Below are positions 40,480 through 50,125 of a stretch of 64,000 bases of DNA, one piece after another. Location: the NCBI GenBank assembly GCA_964653555.1, contig CAZZFT010000003.1, forward strand, positions 13,642 to 77,641, given 5' to 3'. The notes beneath the pieces are model-generated. The model saw only the letters and a program-made list of their open reading frames with translations, ran no database searches and was not told where the DNA came from. The first letter of the stretch is position 1; the number at the start of each line of letters is the position of its first letter. The DNA comes from an uncultured Spirochaetales bacterium. GTDB lineage: Bacteria > Myxococcota_A > UBA9160 > SMWR01. Both the position numbers and the translations under genes were made by a program.

Positions 40480-41530
40480 GCCGGCCTCGCTCCCCCACTC
40501 GCGAGTGGCGGCCGCGCTGGGTCCGTGGTTCGCGACGCAGCTCGGCGCGCGCACCGCACGGGTGGAGGACGTGCGCCGTCACGCCGAGGGATTCTCCTGG
40601 GAGACCTACACCGTCGGCGTGCGCTACCCGGATCCCGAGAGCGGAGAGGAGCGAGCGCGGGGCTTCGCGATCCGACGCGAGCCCGAGGACGGACTGGTGG
40701 CCCCCTACGACATCGTCGGGCAATACGACCTGCACGCGGCCGTGTCGAAGCACGACGGGATCCCGATGCCGCGTCTGCTGGCGCTGGAGCTCGACCGCTC
40801 GATCCTGGGCATGCCCTTCTACGCCATGGAGCGTCTGGAGGGTCGCGTCCCGGTGCCCAACGAGCGGCGGCCGTTCCGCGACGACGCCGAGCGCGACGCC
40901 GTGGGTCGCCAGTTCGTCGACGTCCTCGCGCGGATCCACGGCATCGACTGGCGCGCGGCGGGCCTCGATCTCGAGGGAGGCGGGTGCGCGCCCGGGGACG
41001 CGCCGCTGGCGGCCCTCGAGCGATGGGAGGACTACTACGCGCGCGCCCGGCTCGTCGAGGTGCCGATCCTGCGCGCCGCGATCGCCTGGCTGCGGGCGAA
41101 TCTCGCGGGCTCGGGACGCCTGGCCCTGTGCCACGGCGACTACCGCCTGGGAAACTTCATGATCCGCGACGGCCGCATCGTCGGCATCTTCGACTGGGAG
41201 CTCGGCCACGCCGGCGATCCCGCCGAGGACGTGGCCTGGTGCGCGCTGCCGGCGTTTCGCGGGCGCTCACCGCGGGCGTCGGCCATGCTGCCCCTGGAGG
41301 AGCTGCTCGACCGCTATCGCGACGCGACGGGTCTGCGGCCGGACCGGGAGACGCTGCGCTTCTGGACCGTGCTCGGCCAGCTCAAGGCGGCGGCGATCTT
41401 CCTGCGCGGCGGCCGCGCCTTCGAGGAACGACGCGCCTCCGACATCCGCCTCGCCGCGCTCGGCTATCGCGCGCTCTACCTGCTGCGCGAGATCGCCGCC
41501 GAGCTCGACATCCTTCCCAGGAGCGTCTGA
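40469..41530 (+). CDS. APH-family phosphotransferase (ACAD10/11 kinase or LvaA-like)
   Basis: LGMPFYAMERLEG, CHGDYRLGN and IFDWE motifs. Confidence 0.88.
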   Translation: MASEPASLPHSRVAAALGPWFATQLGARTARVEDVRRHAEGFSWETYTVGVRYPDPESGEERARGFAIRREPEDGLVAPYDIVGQYDLHAAVSKHDGIPMPRLLALELDRSILGMPFYAMERLEGRVPVPNERRPFRDDAERDAVGRQFVDVLARIHGIDWRAAGLDLEGGGCAPGDAPLAALERWEDYYARARLVEVPILRAAIAWLRANLAGSGRLALCHGDYRLGNFMIRDGRIVGIFDWELGHAGDPAEDVAWCALPAFRGRSPRASAMLPLEELLDRYRDATGLRPDRETLRFWTVLGQLKAAAIFLRGGRAFEERRASDIRLAALGYRALYLLREIAAELDILPRSV

Positions 41531-42024
41531 TGCAGAATTCGCTCGACCGCATCTTCGACGGGCTGTGCAGCACCCTGCGCGAGCGCGTGCTGCCCGAGGT
41601 GTCCGACCCCTGGGTCCGCATCCAGGTCGAGGCCGCGGTGGGCCTGCTCGCCCACCTCGCGGTGCGGGTGGAGTGGCGCTGCGCCGACCTCGCCGAGGAG
41701 GTGGCCGCCACGCGCGCGCTGCTCGCCGAGGCGACGGCGCGGGGCGGCACCGCGCCGGAGCTGCTGCGGGCTCGCGACGCGCTGGCGACGCCGGCTCCCG
41801 GCGCGAGCGACAACGCGCGCCTGGTCGCCGCGCGCAGCGACCTGCTGGAGGCCCTGGCCGGCGTACAGGAATGGGCCGCGCGCGAGGGCGACCCCGCCGC
41901 CGCGTCGCTGCGCGAGCCGCTGCGCCGGCTGCTCGCGGATCGCCTGGAGGCGGAGCTCGCGCTGCTGGCCGGGGCCCGCCGCGTCGCCGTCGGCGACACC
42001 GCAGCGCCGGCGTCGGCCTCCTAG
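41530..42024 (+). CDS. Small helical hypothetical protein (possible phosphotransferase partner)
   Basis: TGATG coupling to the kinase gene; amphipathic Ala/Leu-rich sequence. Confidence 0.65.
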   Translation: MQNSLDRIFDGLCSTLRERVLPEVSDPWVRIQVEAAVGLLAHLAVRVEWRCADLAEEVAATRALLAEATARGGTAPELLRARDALATPAPGASDNARLVAARSDLLEALAGVQEWAAREGDPAAASLREPLRRLLADRLEAELALLAGARRVAVGDTAAPASAS

Positions 42025-42095
42025 CCGGGCGGGCCCACCTTCGCTCGACTTCGCCTCGCTGCGCGTCGACCGACTCTCCCGGCCGGGAGAGCTAG
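42017..42095. repeat. Short intergenic repeat element, copy B
   Basis: Shares its start (CCTCCTAGCC.GGC) and 36-bp core with copy A. Ends in the perfect palindrome CTCTCCCGGCCGGGAGAG followed by CTAG. Confidence 0.65.
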
Positions 42096-43138
42096 CGGAA
42101 CTCCGGCATCACCCGCGTGGCGAAACGCTCGAGCGACGCCTCGGTCAGCGCGTGCTCGAGGCCTCCCCAGTTGACGAAGAGCATGTACTCGTCGAGTCCG
42201 AAGCGGGCGCGCAGCTCCTCGATCCGACGGGTCACCCGATCGGCGTCGCCGATCACGACGCGCCCGCCGTCGAAGAGCTGGTCGGGTGTCATGCTCTTCA
42301 CCGCGGGAGCCATCTGGGCGTAGGTCTCGTACTGCTTCGAGCGGACCTGGGTCGGGAAGTGGTCCGCCACCAGGCGCAGGTAGCGGGCCAGCGGCCCCTC
42401 CGTCTCGCGGCGGGCGCCGAGCGCGGTCTCGCCCACGTAGGTGTGCATCATCACCACCAGCCGGGGCGGCGGCTCCCCCTGTCCGAAGGCCTCGAGCTGC
42501 GCGCGCCAGGAGGCAAGCCGCTCGTCGGTCACCTCCAGCGGGGCCACGTAGGGCACCTGGAGGTTGTGGAGCCCGCGACGCGCCACCCAGGTCACGCTCT
42601 CGGGGCTCACCGCGGCCGCGTAGACGGGGGGATGGGGCTTTTGGAGGGGACGCGGCAGCACGCGCAGCCCGTCGGCGTTGGTGAAGCGACCCGCGTAGTC
42701 GAGGCGCTCGTCCTGCCAGGCGCGCAGCACCACGTCGACGCCCTCCTCGAGACGCTCCCGACCCTCGTCCTGGGAGATCCCCATCCCGTCGTACTCGAAG
42801 GCGAACAGGCCGCGACCCACGCCCCAGTCGAGGCGCCCGCCGGAGATCACGTCCAGGAAGGCGAAGTCCTCGGCGAGCCGGATCGGGTTGTCGAAGGGCA
42901 CCAGGCTGACCGCCGTGCCGAGGCGGATGCGCCGCGTGCGCGCGGCCAGGTGCGCCAGCATCAGCTGGGGACGCGGCTCGATCCCGCCGTAGGGCGTGAA
43001 GTGGTGCTCCGACACCCAGACGCCGTCGAAGCCCAGCTCCTCGGCCCGCTCCGCGAGGCGCGCGAAGTCCTCCAGGTAGCGTGGCACCGGCACGGCGTCG
43101 GCGAAGTGGTCGAAGATGCAGAAGATCGAGAAGCGCAC
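42092..43138 (-). CDS. LLM-class flavin-dependent oxidoreductase
   Basis: WVSEHHF, NPIRLAEDFAFLDVISGGR and PRPLQKPHPP motifs; GTG start inferred. Confidence 0.88.
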   Translation of the reverse strand: MRFSIFCIFDHFADAVPVPRYLEDFARLAERAEELGFDGVWVSEHHFTPYGGIEPRPQLMLAHLAARTRRIRLGTAVSLVPFDNPIRLAEDFAFLDVISGGRLDWGVGRGLFAFEYDGMGISQDEGRERLEEGVDVVLRAWQDERLDYAGRFTNADGLRVLPRPLQKPHPPVYAAAVSPESVTWVARRGLHNLQVPYVAPLEVTDERLASWRAQLEAFGQGEPPPRLVVMMHTYVGETALGARRETEGPLARYLRLVADHFPTQVRSKQYETYAQMAPAVKSMTPDQLFDGGRVVIGDADRVTRRIEELRARFGLDEYMLFVNWGGLEHALTEASLERFATRVMPEFR

Positions 43139-43148
43139 CCGGTGCGCG

Positions 43149-44123
43149 CTAGGCGGCAGACTCGGTGTCGGCGCCAGCCTCCTCGCTGTAGAACTGGCGC
43201 GCCCAGCGGCGGAACTCGGGGATCGGCCCGTCGCCATCGCAGAGCACCGGGTTCGGCCGGTACCTCTTGTTCTCCCAGATCCGGAAGTCCTGGTTGGTGA
43301 TGTTCTGCTGCTCGTCCATCTGCGCCTTGAGATCGGCCATCGCCTCTTCGTCGCTGCGCTCGCCCTTGCGGCCGATCACCGCGTTCGAGAACCACAGGGT
43401 GTCGCGATCGATTGGCGTCATGGTGCCGACGCTGAGCGTCTCGAAGGCGCCGTTGTAGTGGATCTTGCACAGACCCAGACCCCAGTTCTCGGCGACCAGG
43501 AACAGACGACGGCTCGGCCCGTCGACGACGTTCTCGTAGCCCGCGTCGATCACCCACTTGAACATCGGCCCGTCGAAGCTGTGCTCCTTGTGGGACGGGA
43601 CGTCCATCGAGTGCACCTGCTCGAAGTGGGGCCAGTCGATCGCGTTCTCCATGATCTCCTGGGGGTGCGTCTTCAGCTCCCAGGAGTACCGGGTCCAGCG
43701 GGAGGTCCAGTCCGGCGCGCCGAACTCGGGAATCTTCGGGATGCGGTAGCTGGGCGGCTTGCCCTCGGCGTGCCGCCACACCCAGATCTGCCCGTTCACC
43801 TCGTCGACCGGCCAGCTCCGCATCTGCGCCAGCTTCGGGATCTTCTTGCTGTAGGGGATCTCGACGCAGCGACCGTCCCCGTCGTAGCGCCAGCCGTGGA
43901 ACGGGCATCGCACGGTATCGCCCTGCACGCAGCCGCCGTGGGCGAGGTGCGCTCCCAGGTGCGCGCAGTAGGCCTCGAGCACGTGGACGCTTCCGCTCTC
44001 CCCCCGGAACGCGACCAGCTCCTCCTGGAGGAGCTGGATCGGCTTGAGCTCGCCGGGCGCCAGATCCTCCGAGAAGAGCACCATGAACCAGCCATTGGGA
44101 ATGCCGAGGGGACAGTCCGCCAT
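43149..44123 (-). CDS. Rieske [2Fe-2S] oxygenase, KshA/Nvd-like (paralog 2)
   Basis: PNGWF, CAHLG...CPFHGW, ENAIDWPHFEQVH and QDFRIW motifs. Confidence 0.9.
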   Translation of the reverse strand: MADCPLGIPNGWFMVLFSEDLAPGELKPIQLLQEELVAFRGESGSVHVLEAYCAHLGAHLAHGGCVQGDTVRCPFHGWRYDGDGRCVEIPYSKKIPKLAQMRSWPVDEVNGQIWVWRHAEGKPPSYRIPKIPEFGAPDWTSRWTRYSWELKTHPQEIMENAIDWPHFEQVHSMDVPSHKEHSFDGPMFKWVIDAGYENVVDGPSRRLFLVAENWGLGLCKIHYNGAFETLSVGTMTPIDRDTLWFSNAVIGRKGERSDEEAMADLKAQMDEQQNITNQDFRIWENKRYRPNPVLCDGDGPIPEFRRWARQFYSEEAGADTESAA

Positions 44124-44175
44124 GCGTATCCTCCACTTGGTGCCTTCTTCGGGCGGCGACGCCCGGAGCGACTTG

Positions 44176-44191
44176 CTGATAAGATGCTCAG
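44176..44191 (+). promoter_or_regulatory. Conserved 16-bp operator copy (CTGATAAGATGCTCAG)
   Basis: In the divergent Rieske/SDR region; followed closely by TAGAAT. Confidence 0.78.
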
Positions 44192-44288
44192 ATAGAATAG
44201 ACCCAGGCGCGCTGGAATTGCAATTCGCTTCTAGCCCGTTTCGCGGTTCGAGCCCGCTGGAGGGCGCGCCCGGAGTAGGATGGGGCGG

Positions 44289-45125
44289 ATGAGGGACCTG
44301 ACCCGACGGGTCGCGGTGATCACGGGCGGCGCCAGCGGCATCGGGCTGGCCACGGCACATGCGCTCGCCCGCCAAGGGGTCCGCCTGGTGCTGGCGGACA
44401 TCGAGCCGGACACCCTGGAGCGGGCCGTCGCCGAGCTCGCCGCCGGCGGCGCCGACGCGCTGGGCGTGCCCTGCGACGTCGGCGATCTCGACGCGGTGCG
44501 CGCGCTGGCGGAGGCGGCCTTCGCTCGCATGGGGGCGGTGCACATCGTGTTCAACAACGCCGGCGTGGCGGTGGGCGGACCGATCGCGGAGATGAAGCAC
44601 AGCGATTGGGAGTGGACCCTGCGCGTGAATCTGTGGGGGGCGATCCACGGCGTCGAGGTGTTTCTGCCGCGGCTGATCGAGCAGGGCGAGGGCGGCCACG
44701 TCCTGTTCACCGCCTCCTTCGCGGGCCTGGTCCCCAACCTCGGGCTCGGCCCCTACTGCGTGTCGAAGTACGGCGTGGTGGCGCTGGCCGAGGTGCTCCA
44801 GCGCGAGCTGAGGCCCCAGGGCATCGGGGTGTCGGTGTTGTGTCCGATGCGCGTCGGCACCCGGATCGGGAGCTCGGAGCGCAACCGGCCGGCCAGTCTC
44901 GGGGGACCCGAGGCCTCGCCGCGCGTCGCCGACCTGGGGGAGGACAACCCCGACATGGCGGGTCGCGTGCTCGAGGTGGACGACGTCGCGCAGCAGGTCG
45001 TCGACGCCATCCGCGCCGACCGCCTCTACGTCCTGCCCCACGCCGAGAGCCGCGAGGCGGTCCGGCGCCGCTTCGCGCGCATCGATCGCTGCTACGACGA
45101 GTCCGGTCCGCAGGCCTCCTCCTAG
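44289..45125 (+). CDS. SDR family oxidoreductase
   Basis: TGGASGIG, NNAGV and YCVSK motifs. Confidence 0.9.
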   Translation: MRDLTRRVAVITGGASGIGLATAHALARQGVRLVLADIEPDTLERAVAELAAGGADALGVPCDVGDLDAVRALAEAAFARMGAVHIVFNNAGVAVGGPIAEMKHSDWEWTLRVNLWGAIHGVEVFLPRLIEQGEGGHVLFTASFAGLVPNLGLGPYCVSKYGVVALAEVLQRELRPQGIGVSVLCPMRVGTRIGSSERNRPASLGGPEASPRVADLGEDNPDMAGRVLEVDDVAQQVVDAIRADRLYVLPHAESREAVRRRFARIDRCYDESGPQASS

Positions 45126-45178
45126 CTGGCGCGGCGCCCGGGCGCCGGCCGCGAGAGGGTTGGCAGGGCCGGCGCATG

Positions 45179-45194
45179 CTGATAGAAGGGTCAG
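45179..45194 (+). promoter_or_regulatory. Operator-like copy (CTGATAGAAGGGTCAG)
   Basis: Lies 20 bp upstream of the amidohydrolase start; matches both ends of the motif. Confidence 0.6.
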
Positions 45195-45214
45195 GAGCCG
45201 CCGGGAGGAATCCG

Positions 45215-46336
45215 ATGCGCAACGGACACCCGATCGTCGACGCCGACGGGCACGTGGTGGAGCCCCTCGACCTCTGGGACCGCTACATCGACGGGGAGTT
45301 CCACGACCGTCGTCCGATCACGGAGCCCCAGTTCATCACGGTGGAGGGCTGCAAGATGTCGCGTCTCGGGCTGTCCGAGCCCGATTCGGACTACGACATC
45401 GAGGAGTTCAACAAGGGCGCGGGCTACGACTGGCAGCAGAACTTCGGAGCGCAGGCCCTGAAGGGCTTCACCGCCGAGACCTACCTCGAGATGATGGACG
45501 CGGAGGGTCTCGACCGGATGGTGCTCTACCCGAGCAAGGGCCTGTACGCCGCCTCGGTCGAGCACATGGACGGCCGACTCTCGGCGGCGATCTGCCGCGC
45601 CTACAACCGATGGCTGCGCGACTTCTGCGACGCGGCGCCCGACCGCCTGATCGGCGTGGCGGTGACCGCCCTCCACGATCCGCTGCTGGCCGCCGAGGAG
45701 GCCCGTTACGGGGTGGAGGAGCTCGGGCTGCGCGGGTGCACGGTGCGACCCAATCCCTATGCAGGCCGCAACCTGGAGGACCCGGCCTACGACGTCTTCT
45801 ACGCGGAGATCGCTCGACTGGACGTCCCGCTCGCCATCCACGAGGGCGCCGGCGCCTGCATGCCCCAGTACGGGGAGCGCCACCGGTCGCGCCTCGCCCG
45901 CCACGCGATGTGCCACACCATGGAGCAGATGGGCGCCGCCTTCAGCATGACCGCAGGCGGCGTGATGGAGCGGCACCCCACCCTGCGCGTCGCGCTGCTC
46001 GAGGCCGGCGGGGGCTGGCTCCCCTACTGGCTCGACCGGCTCGACGAGCACGCCCACTGGCTCCGCCACGCGAGCAACGAGACCGGTCACCTGACGATGC
46101 GGCCGAGCGACTACTTCCGCCGTCAGGGCTGGATCCACGTCGAGCCCGACGACCCCTGCTTCCGCTCGGTGATCGACTTCCTGGGTGCGGACCGCGTCGT
46201 CTGGGCGACCGACTACCCCCATCCCGACGGCCGCTTCCCGGGCGTGGTGGACGGGATCTTCGAGGCCAAGGGGCTCTCGCCGAGAGAGATCGAGCTCTAC
46301 GCGGGAGGCAACGCGCAGGTGCTCTACGGACTCTAG
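45215..46336 (+). CDS. Amidohydrolase family 2 protein
   Basis: DADGHVVEP, RAYNRW, LEAGGGW and WATDYPHPD motifs. Confidence 0.9.
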   Translation: MRNGHPIVDADGHVVEPLDLWDRYIDGEFHDRRPITEPQFITVEGCKMSRLGLSEPDSDYDIEEFNKGAGYDWQQNFGAQALKGFTAETYLEMMDAEGLDRMVLYPSKGLYAASVEHMDGRLSAAICRAYNRWLRDFCDAAPDRLIGVAVTALHDPLLAAEEARYGVEELGLRGCTVRPNPYAGRNLEDPAYDVFYAEIARLDVPLAIHEGAGACMPQYGERHRSRLARHAMCHTMEQMGAAFSMTAGGVMERHPTLRVALLEAGGGWLPYWLDRLDEHAHWLRHASNETGHLTMRPSDYFRRQGWIHVEPDDPCFRSVIDFLGADRVVWATDYPHPDGRFPGVVDGIFEAKGLSPREIELYAGGNAQVLYGL

Positions 46337-46391
46337 TGCGTCGACGCCTCGGGCCCCGGGCACGGCGGGGACGGGAGCGGGAGGTGACCGG

Positions 46392-47189
46392 ATGTCGCGT
46401 TCGATCGATCGGCGGGGAGAGCCCCTCGAGAGCCCCGACTCCGCTGCCTGGCACAACGAGGCGGGGCGTCCGATGGCGCCCGGCCTGCCCGGGCTCGACG
46501 CACGCGCCGAGCTGGCCCTGCTGGCCCGGATCCTGTTCCGCGAGGGCTACGACGAGAATCTCGCCGGCCACATCAGCGCGAAGCAGCCCGACGGGACCTT
46601 CCTGGTCACGCCCTACGGCCTCACCTGGGACGAGCTTCGCGCTTCGGACCTGATGCGCGTGGACCTCGAGAACGGCAAGGTGCTCGAGGGGAAGTGGACG
46701 GTGACGGTCGCGATCGAGCTGCACGTCGAGCTCCACCGCGCCCGCAGCGACATCGGGGTCGCGGTCCACAACCACCCGCGCTTCGCGACGGTGTGGGCTG
46801 CGCGTCACCAGGTGCCGCCGATCTACGACCAGACCTCCACGATGCTGGGCGGGCCGCTCGCACTGCTCGACGAGTACGGCGGGGGCGTGCGCGAGACCTC
46901 CCAGTCCCAGGCCGCCGTTCGCGCCCTCGGCGACGCGCAAGCGGTGCTGCTGGCGAACCACGGCGTGCTCGTCGTCGCGCGCGACGTCCGCCAGGCCTAC
47001 CTGCGCTCGATCGCCGTGGAGCGGCGCTGCCGCATCGCCTGGTACGTGGAGGCGCTGGGCGGTGGCACCCCGATGCGCGACGAGGTGGCGACGGTCGGCG
47101 GCCGGATGATGGACGAGAACGGCTGGCCCGGCAGCTTCGAGGCACTGGCGCGCCGGGAGCTGCGCCGCGATCCCTCCGTCCTGGAGTAG
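46392..47189 (+). CDS. Class II aldolase/adducin family protein
   Basis: AGHIS, LHVELH, VHNH and LANHG motifs. Confidence 0.88.
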   Translation: MSRSIDRRGEPLESPDSAAWHNEAGRPMAPGLPGLDARAELALLARILFREGYDENLAGHISAKQPDGTFLVTPYGLTWDELRASDLMRVDLENGKVLEGKWTVTVAIELHVELHRARSDIGVAVHNHPRFATVWAARHQVPPIYDQTSTMLGGPLALLDEYGGGVRETSQSQAAVRALGDAQAVLLANHGVLVVARDVRQAYLRSIAVERRCRIAWYVEALGGGTPMRDEVATVGGRMMDENGWPGSFEALARRELRRDPSVLE

Positions 47190-47204
47190 CGACCGCGCGC
47201 CGAT

Positions 47205-47666
47205 TCAGCCGCGCGCGGGCAGGGAGCGCTCGGCGACGGTCTCCTCGGTGCGCCAGACGCTGGTGAGCTCGAGTCGCCGGATCCGCCAGCCCGCCGACCC
47301 GCGCACCAGGGAGTGGCGATACACGGCGCCCTCAGTGATGCGCAGCTCGCCCTCGGGCTGCGGCGCGACGAGCCGCGCCCACAGGCTCACCCGCGTGCGC
47401 GCCGAGTCGCCCGCCAGGTCGACGCGCAGGTTCGAGAGCAGATGCTGGCTGGCCGCGATCGGCGTCATCGATTCTTCCAGGAAGGCGAGCACGGCGTCGC
47501 GTCCCTCGAAGCTGCCGAACCCGTCGTAGTGGCAGGCGACGTCTTCGGTGAAGACGCGCTCGGCGAGGCCCTTCCAGTCGTGGTCGTCGACGCAGGTCGC
47601 GTACTCGGTCAGGAGATCGGAGATCGCCTGGCGGTCCCGCAGGTCGCGCACGTCCGTTTCGCCCAT
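47205..47666 (-). CDS. NTF2/SnoaL-like protein
   Basis: DRQAISDLLTEYATCVD, SQHLLSN and GWRI motifs. Confidence 0.87.
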   Translation of the reverse strand: MGETDVRDLRDRQAISDLLTEYATCVDDHDWKGLAERVFTEDVACHYDGFGSFEGRDAVLAFLEESMTPIAASQHLLSNLRVDLAGDSARTRVSLWARLVAPQPEGELRITEGAVYRHSLVRGSAGWRIRRLELTSVWRTEETVAERSLPARG

Positions 47667-47678
47667 TCCGATGGCTCC

Positions 47679-48551
47679 TCAGCCGACCCGCGCGATGACG
47701 CGGTCGGCGAAGTCCTCGAGCGCCCGGCGCTTGTCGTCGATCGACGAGCTGGGCTTCCCGAGCTGGAAGGCCAGCGGCCACAGCACCGCGTCCACGCCCA
47801 GGTCGGCGCAGCGGCGCGCGTCCTCCACCGTGGGAAGACTGGCGAGCGGCACGAGCACGGAGAACGGCTCCCGGCTGCGCCCGGCCTCGCGACGCAGCGC
47901 GTCCAGGCGCCGCGTCCAGTCCTCGACTTCGCTCACGTCGCAGCCGGAGGCGATCCAGCCGTCCCCGAGCCGGGCCGCCCGCCGCAGCGCCGGCTCGCTC
48001 TGGCCGCCGATCCAGATCGGGATCGGCTCCGCGGGCGTGGGGTGCATCCAGATCGGATCGAAGTCGAAGAAGCGGCCGTGGTGCTCCACCGGACCGCCCG
48101 AGGCCCACAGCTTCCGCATCACCTCGATCATCTCGTCGGTGCGGCGACCGCGCGTGTGGAAGTCCCGGCCGAGCTGGTCGAACTCCTCCTTCATCCAGCC
48201 CACGCCCGCACCCAGGGCGACGCGGCCGCCGGCGATCCGGGACACGGTGGCCAGCGACTTCGCCACCTCGAGCGGATGGCGCAGCGGCAGGATCATCACC
48301 GCGTGGCTGAGCCACAGCGTCCGGGTGGCGCCACCGATCGCGGCGAGCAGCGCTCCCGGCTCGAGCCACGGCGTGTCCTTGGCGAAGCCCGGCTTGCCGT
48401 CCTCCGAGTAGGGATAGGCCGACGCCATCTTCTCCGGATAGAAGAGATGGTCCGAGGCGACGACGCCGTGGAAGCCGACCGCCTCGGCGATCCGCGCGAC
48501 CTCGACGATCTGCTCGGGCTCGGTGTGGGACAGTGCTTGCCAGAATCTCAT
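47679..48551 (-). CDS. LLM-class oxidoreductase, probable F420-dependent type
   Basis: SDH, LPLRHPLEVAK, GVGWMKEEF and ALRRAARLGDGW motifs. Confidence 0.88.
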   Translation of the reverse strand: MRFWQALSHTEPEQIVEVARIAEAVGFHGVVASDHLFYPEKMASAYPYSEDGKPGFAKDTPWLEPGALLAAIGGATRTLWLSHAVMILPLRHPLEVAKSLATVSRIAGGRVALGAGVGWMKEEFDQLGRDFHTRGRRTDEMIEVMRKLWASGGPVEHHGRFFDFDPIWMHPTPAEPIPIWIGGQSEPALRRAARLGDGWIASGCDVSEVEDWTRRLDALRREAGRSREPFSVLVPLASLPTVEDARRCADLGVDAVLWPLAFQLGKPSSSIDDKRRALEDFADRVIARVG

Positions 48552-48576
48552 CCGGATCCCTCCGACTCGCCGCGGC

Positions 48577-49977
48577 TCAGCGGGAGCCCTCTCGCCGGCG
48601 CTCTGCGAGCTGTTCGCAGATCTGCTGGTGAACCGCCTCGGTCAGGCGGAAGCGGGTGAACATCGCGATCCCGATCAGGAAGGCGACGCAGGGGACGATT
48701 CCGTAGAGGGCGCGCAGGGCGAGCTTCGTCGCCTCGGTCTGCTCCGCGTTCGCCTGGTAGCCGACCCACTGCATCACTCCACCGACCAGGATCACCATGA
48801 TCCCCGAGGCGCTCTTCACCACGAAGTTCAGAGCGGCGAAGTAGGCGCCCTCCTTCCGCTCGCCCGTCTCGTACTCGTCGTGGTCGACGACGTCGGCCTG
48901 GATCGCGGGGGCGATTGCCTGGGCACAGCCTCCGGCCACGCCGTTCACGATCGACAGCACGATCACGTACCAGGCACCCCCCTCCCAGACGAAGAACAGC
49001 GCGCCGTAGCCCGCGGCGCTGACCGACATCGACGCCAGCCACAGCGTCCGCTTGGGGTAGCGGTGGGCGAGCGCCACCCAGATCGGAATCGTCGCGATCT
49101 GGGGCAGGAAGTAGGCCAGGAAGGAGGCCTCCATGATGTCGGGCATCTTCACGACGTAGAGCACGATGAAGGGCTTGAGCACACCGAGCGCGCCGATCCC
49201 GAGGATCTCGACGAAGTAGACCCCGAGCAGGAGTCGGCCGTGGGGATTGCGCCAGACGTCGCGATAGGCGCGCATCGGGCTCGATCCGCCGCGATGACGG
49301 AAGTCGGGCCGCTCGCGGAGTCGCGACACGGACCATCCGGTCACCAGCACGATCAGCGCACCCACGCCGAGCGACAGCCACAGGCCGGCCTGGCGCGGAT
49401 CGGCGGCGCTGCGCAGCACGTACAGGCCGCCCGTGAAGGCGAACAACGACCCGATCGCGCGCAGCCCGCCGCGCGCGCCGAAGATGCGGGCGCGGTCCTC
49501 GCGCCGGGAGGAGAGCTCCGCCCCGAGCGCGTAGTGGGGCACCTCGAAGATGGTGAGGGCCGCCATGTAGCCGAAGACGGCGATCGTCACCCACGCGGTG
49601 AGCCAGCCGCCCGCGAGCGCGTCGGGAGGGCTCCACACCATCACCGAGGTGACCACGAAGGCCAGCGCCGAGGCGAGGATCCACGGCCGGCGACGCCCCG
49701 ACCGGAGCGTGGTGCGATCGCTCAGGTATCCGGCCAGGGGATCGGTGACGGCGTCCCACACCCGGGAGAGGCCGAAGATCAGGCTGATCGTCGCCGGTGC
49801 CATCAGCAGCACATCCGTGCCGAAGCGCACGAAATAGGTGAAGACGAGCTGCGTCATGAAGAACACCGGGATCAGCGGCGCCGCGTAGGCGGCGATCGTC
49901 GACGCCGGGAGCCGGACCTCGGCGGCCGCGGGCGCTGCGGCGACGCGCGCCGTCGCGGTCGATCCGATCGAGCTCAT
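48577..49977 (-). CDS. MFS transporter (GPH/MelB-like)
   Basis: Multiple TM helices; DAVTDPLAGYLSD, GRRRPWI and ERKEG motifs. Confidence 0.9.
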   Translation of the reverse strand: MSSIGSTATARVAAAPAAAEVRLPASTIAAYAAPLIPVFFMTQLVFTYFVRFGTDVLLMAPATISLIFGLSRVWDAVTDPLAGYLSDRTTLRSGRRRPWILASALAFVVTSVMVWSPPDALAGGWLTAWVTIAVFGYMAALTIFEVPHYALGAELSSRREDRARIFGARGGLRAIGSLFAFTGGLYVLRSAADPRQAGLWLSLGVGALIVLVTGWSVSRLRERPDFRHRGGSSPMRAYRDVWRNPHGRLLLGVYFVEILGIGALGVLKPFIVLYVVKMPDIMEASFLAYFLPQIATIPIWVALAHRYPKRTLWLASMSVSAAGYGALFFVWEGGAWYVIVLSIVNGVAGGCAQAIAPAIQADVVDHDEYETGERKEGAYFAALNFVVKSASGIMVILVGGVMQWVGYQANAEQTEATKLALRALYGIVPCVAFLIGIAMFTRFRLTEAVHQQICEQLAERRREGSR

Positions 49978-50066
49978 CAGTCCACCTCGTTCGGGTTGGG
50001 AACGGGTCGCGCCCCCGTCGCGAACTCCCTGCGACGGCGAGCATCGGATCGCCAGGCCCGGCTATA

Positions 50067-50082
50067 CTGAGCATCCTATCAG
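50067..50082 (-). promoter_or_regulatory. Conserved 16-bp operator copy (CTGATAGGATGCTCAG on - strand)
   Basis: In the divergent MFS/thiolase region; overlaps TATACT (50063-50068). Confidence 0.8.
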
Positions 50083-50125
50083 AACGACTGGACCCCAGGT
50101 CCAGGATTATCGGAGGAAGATCGAG

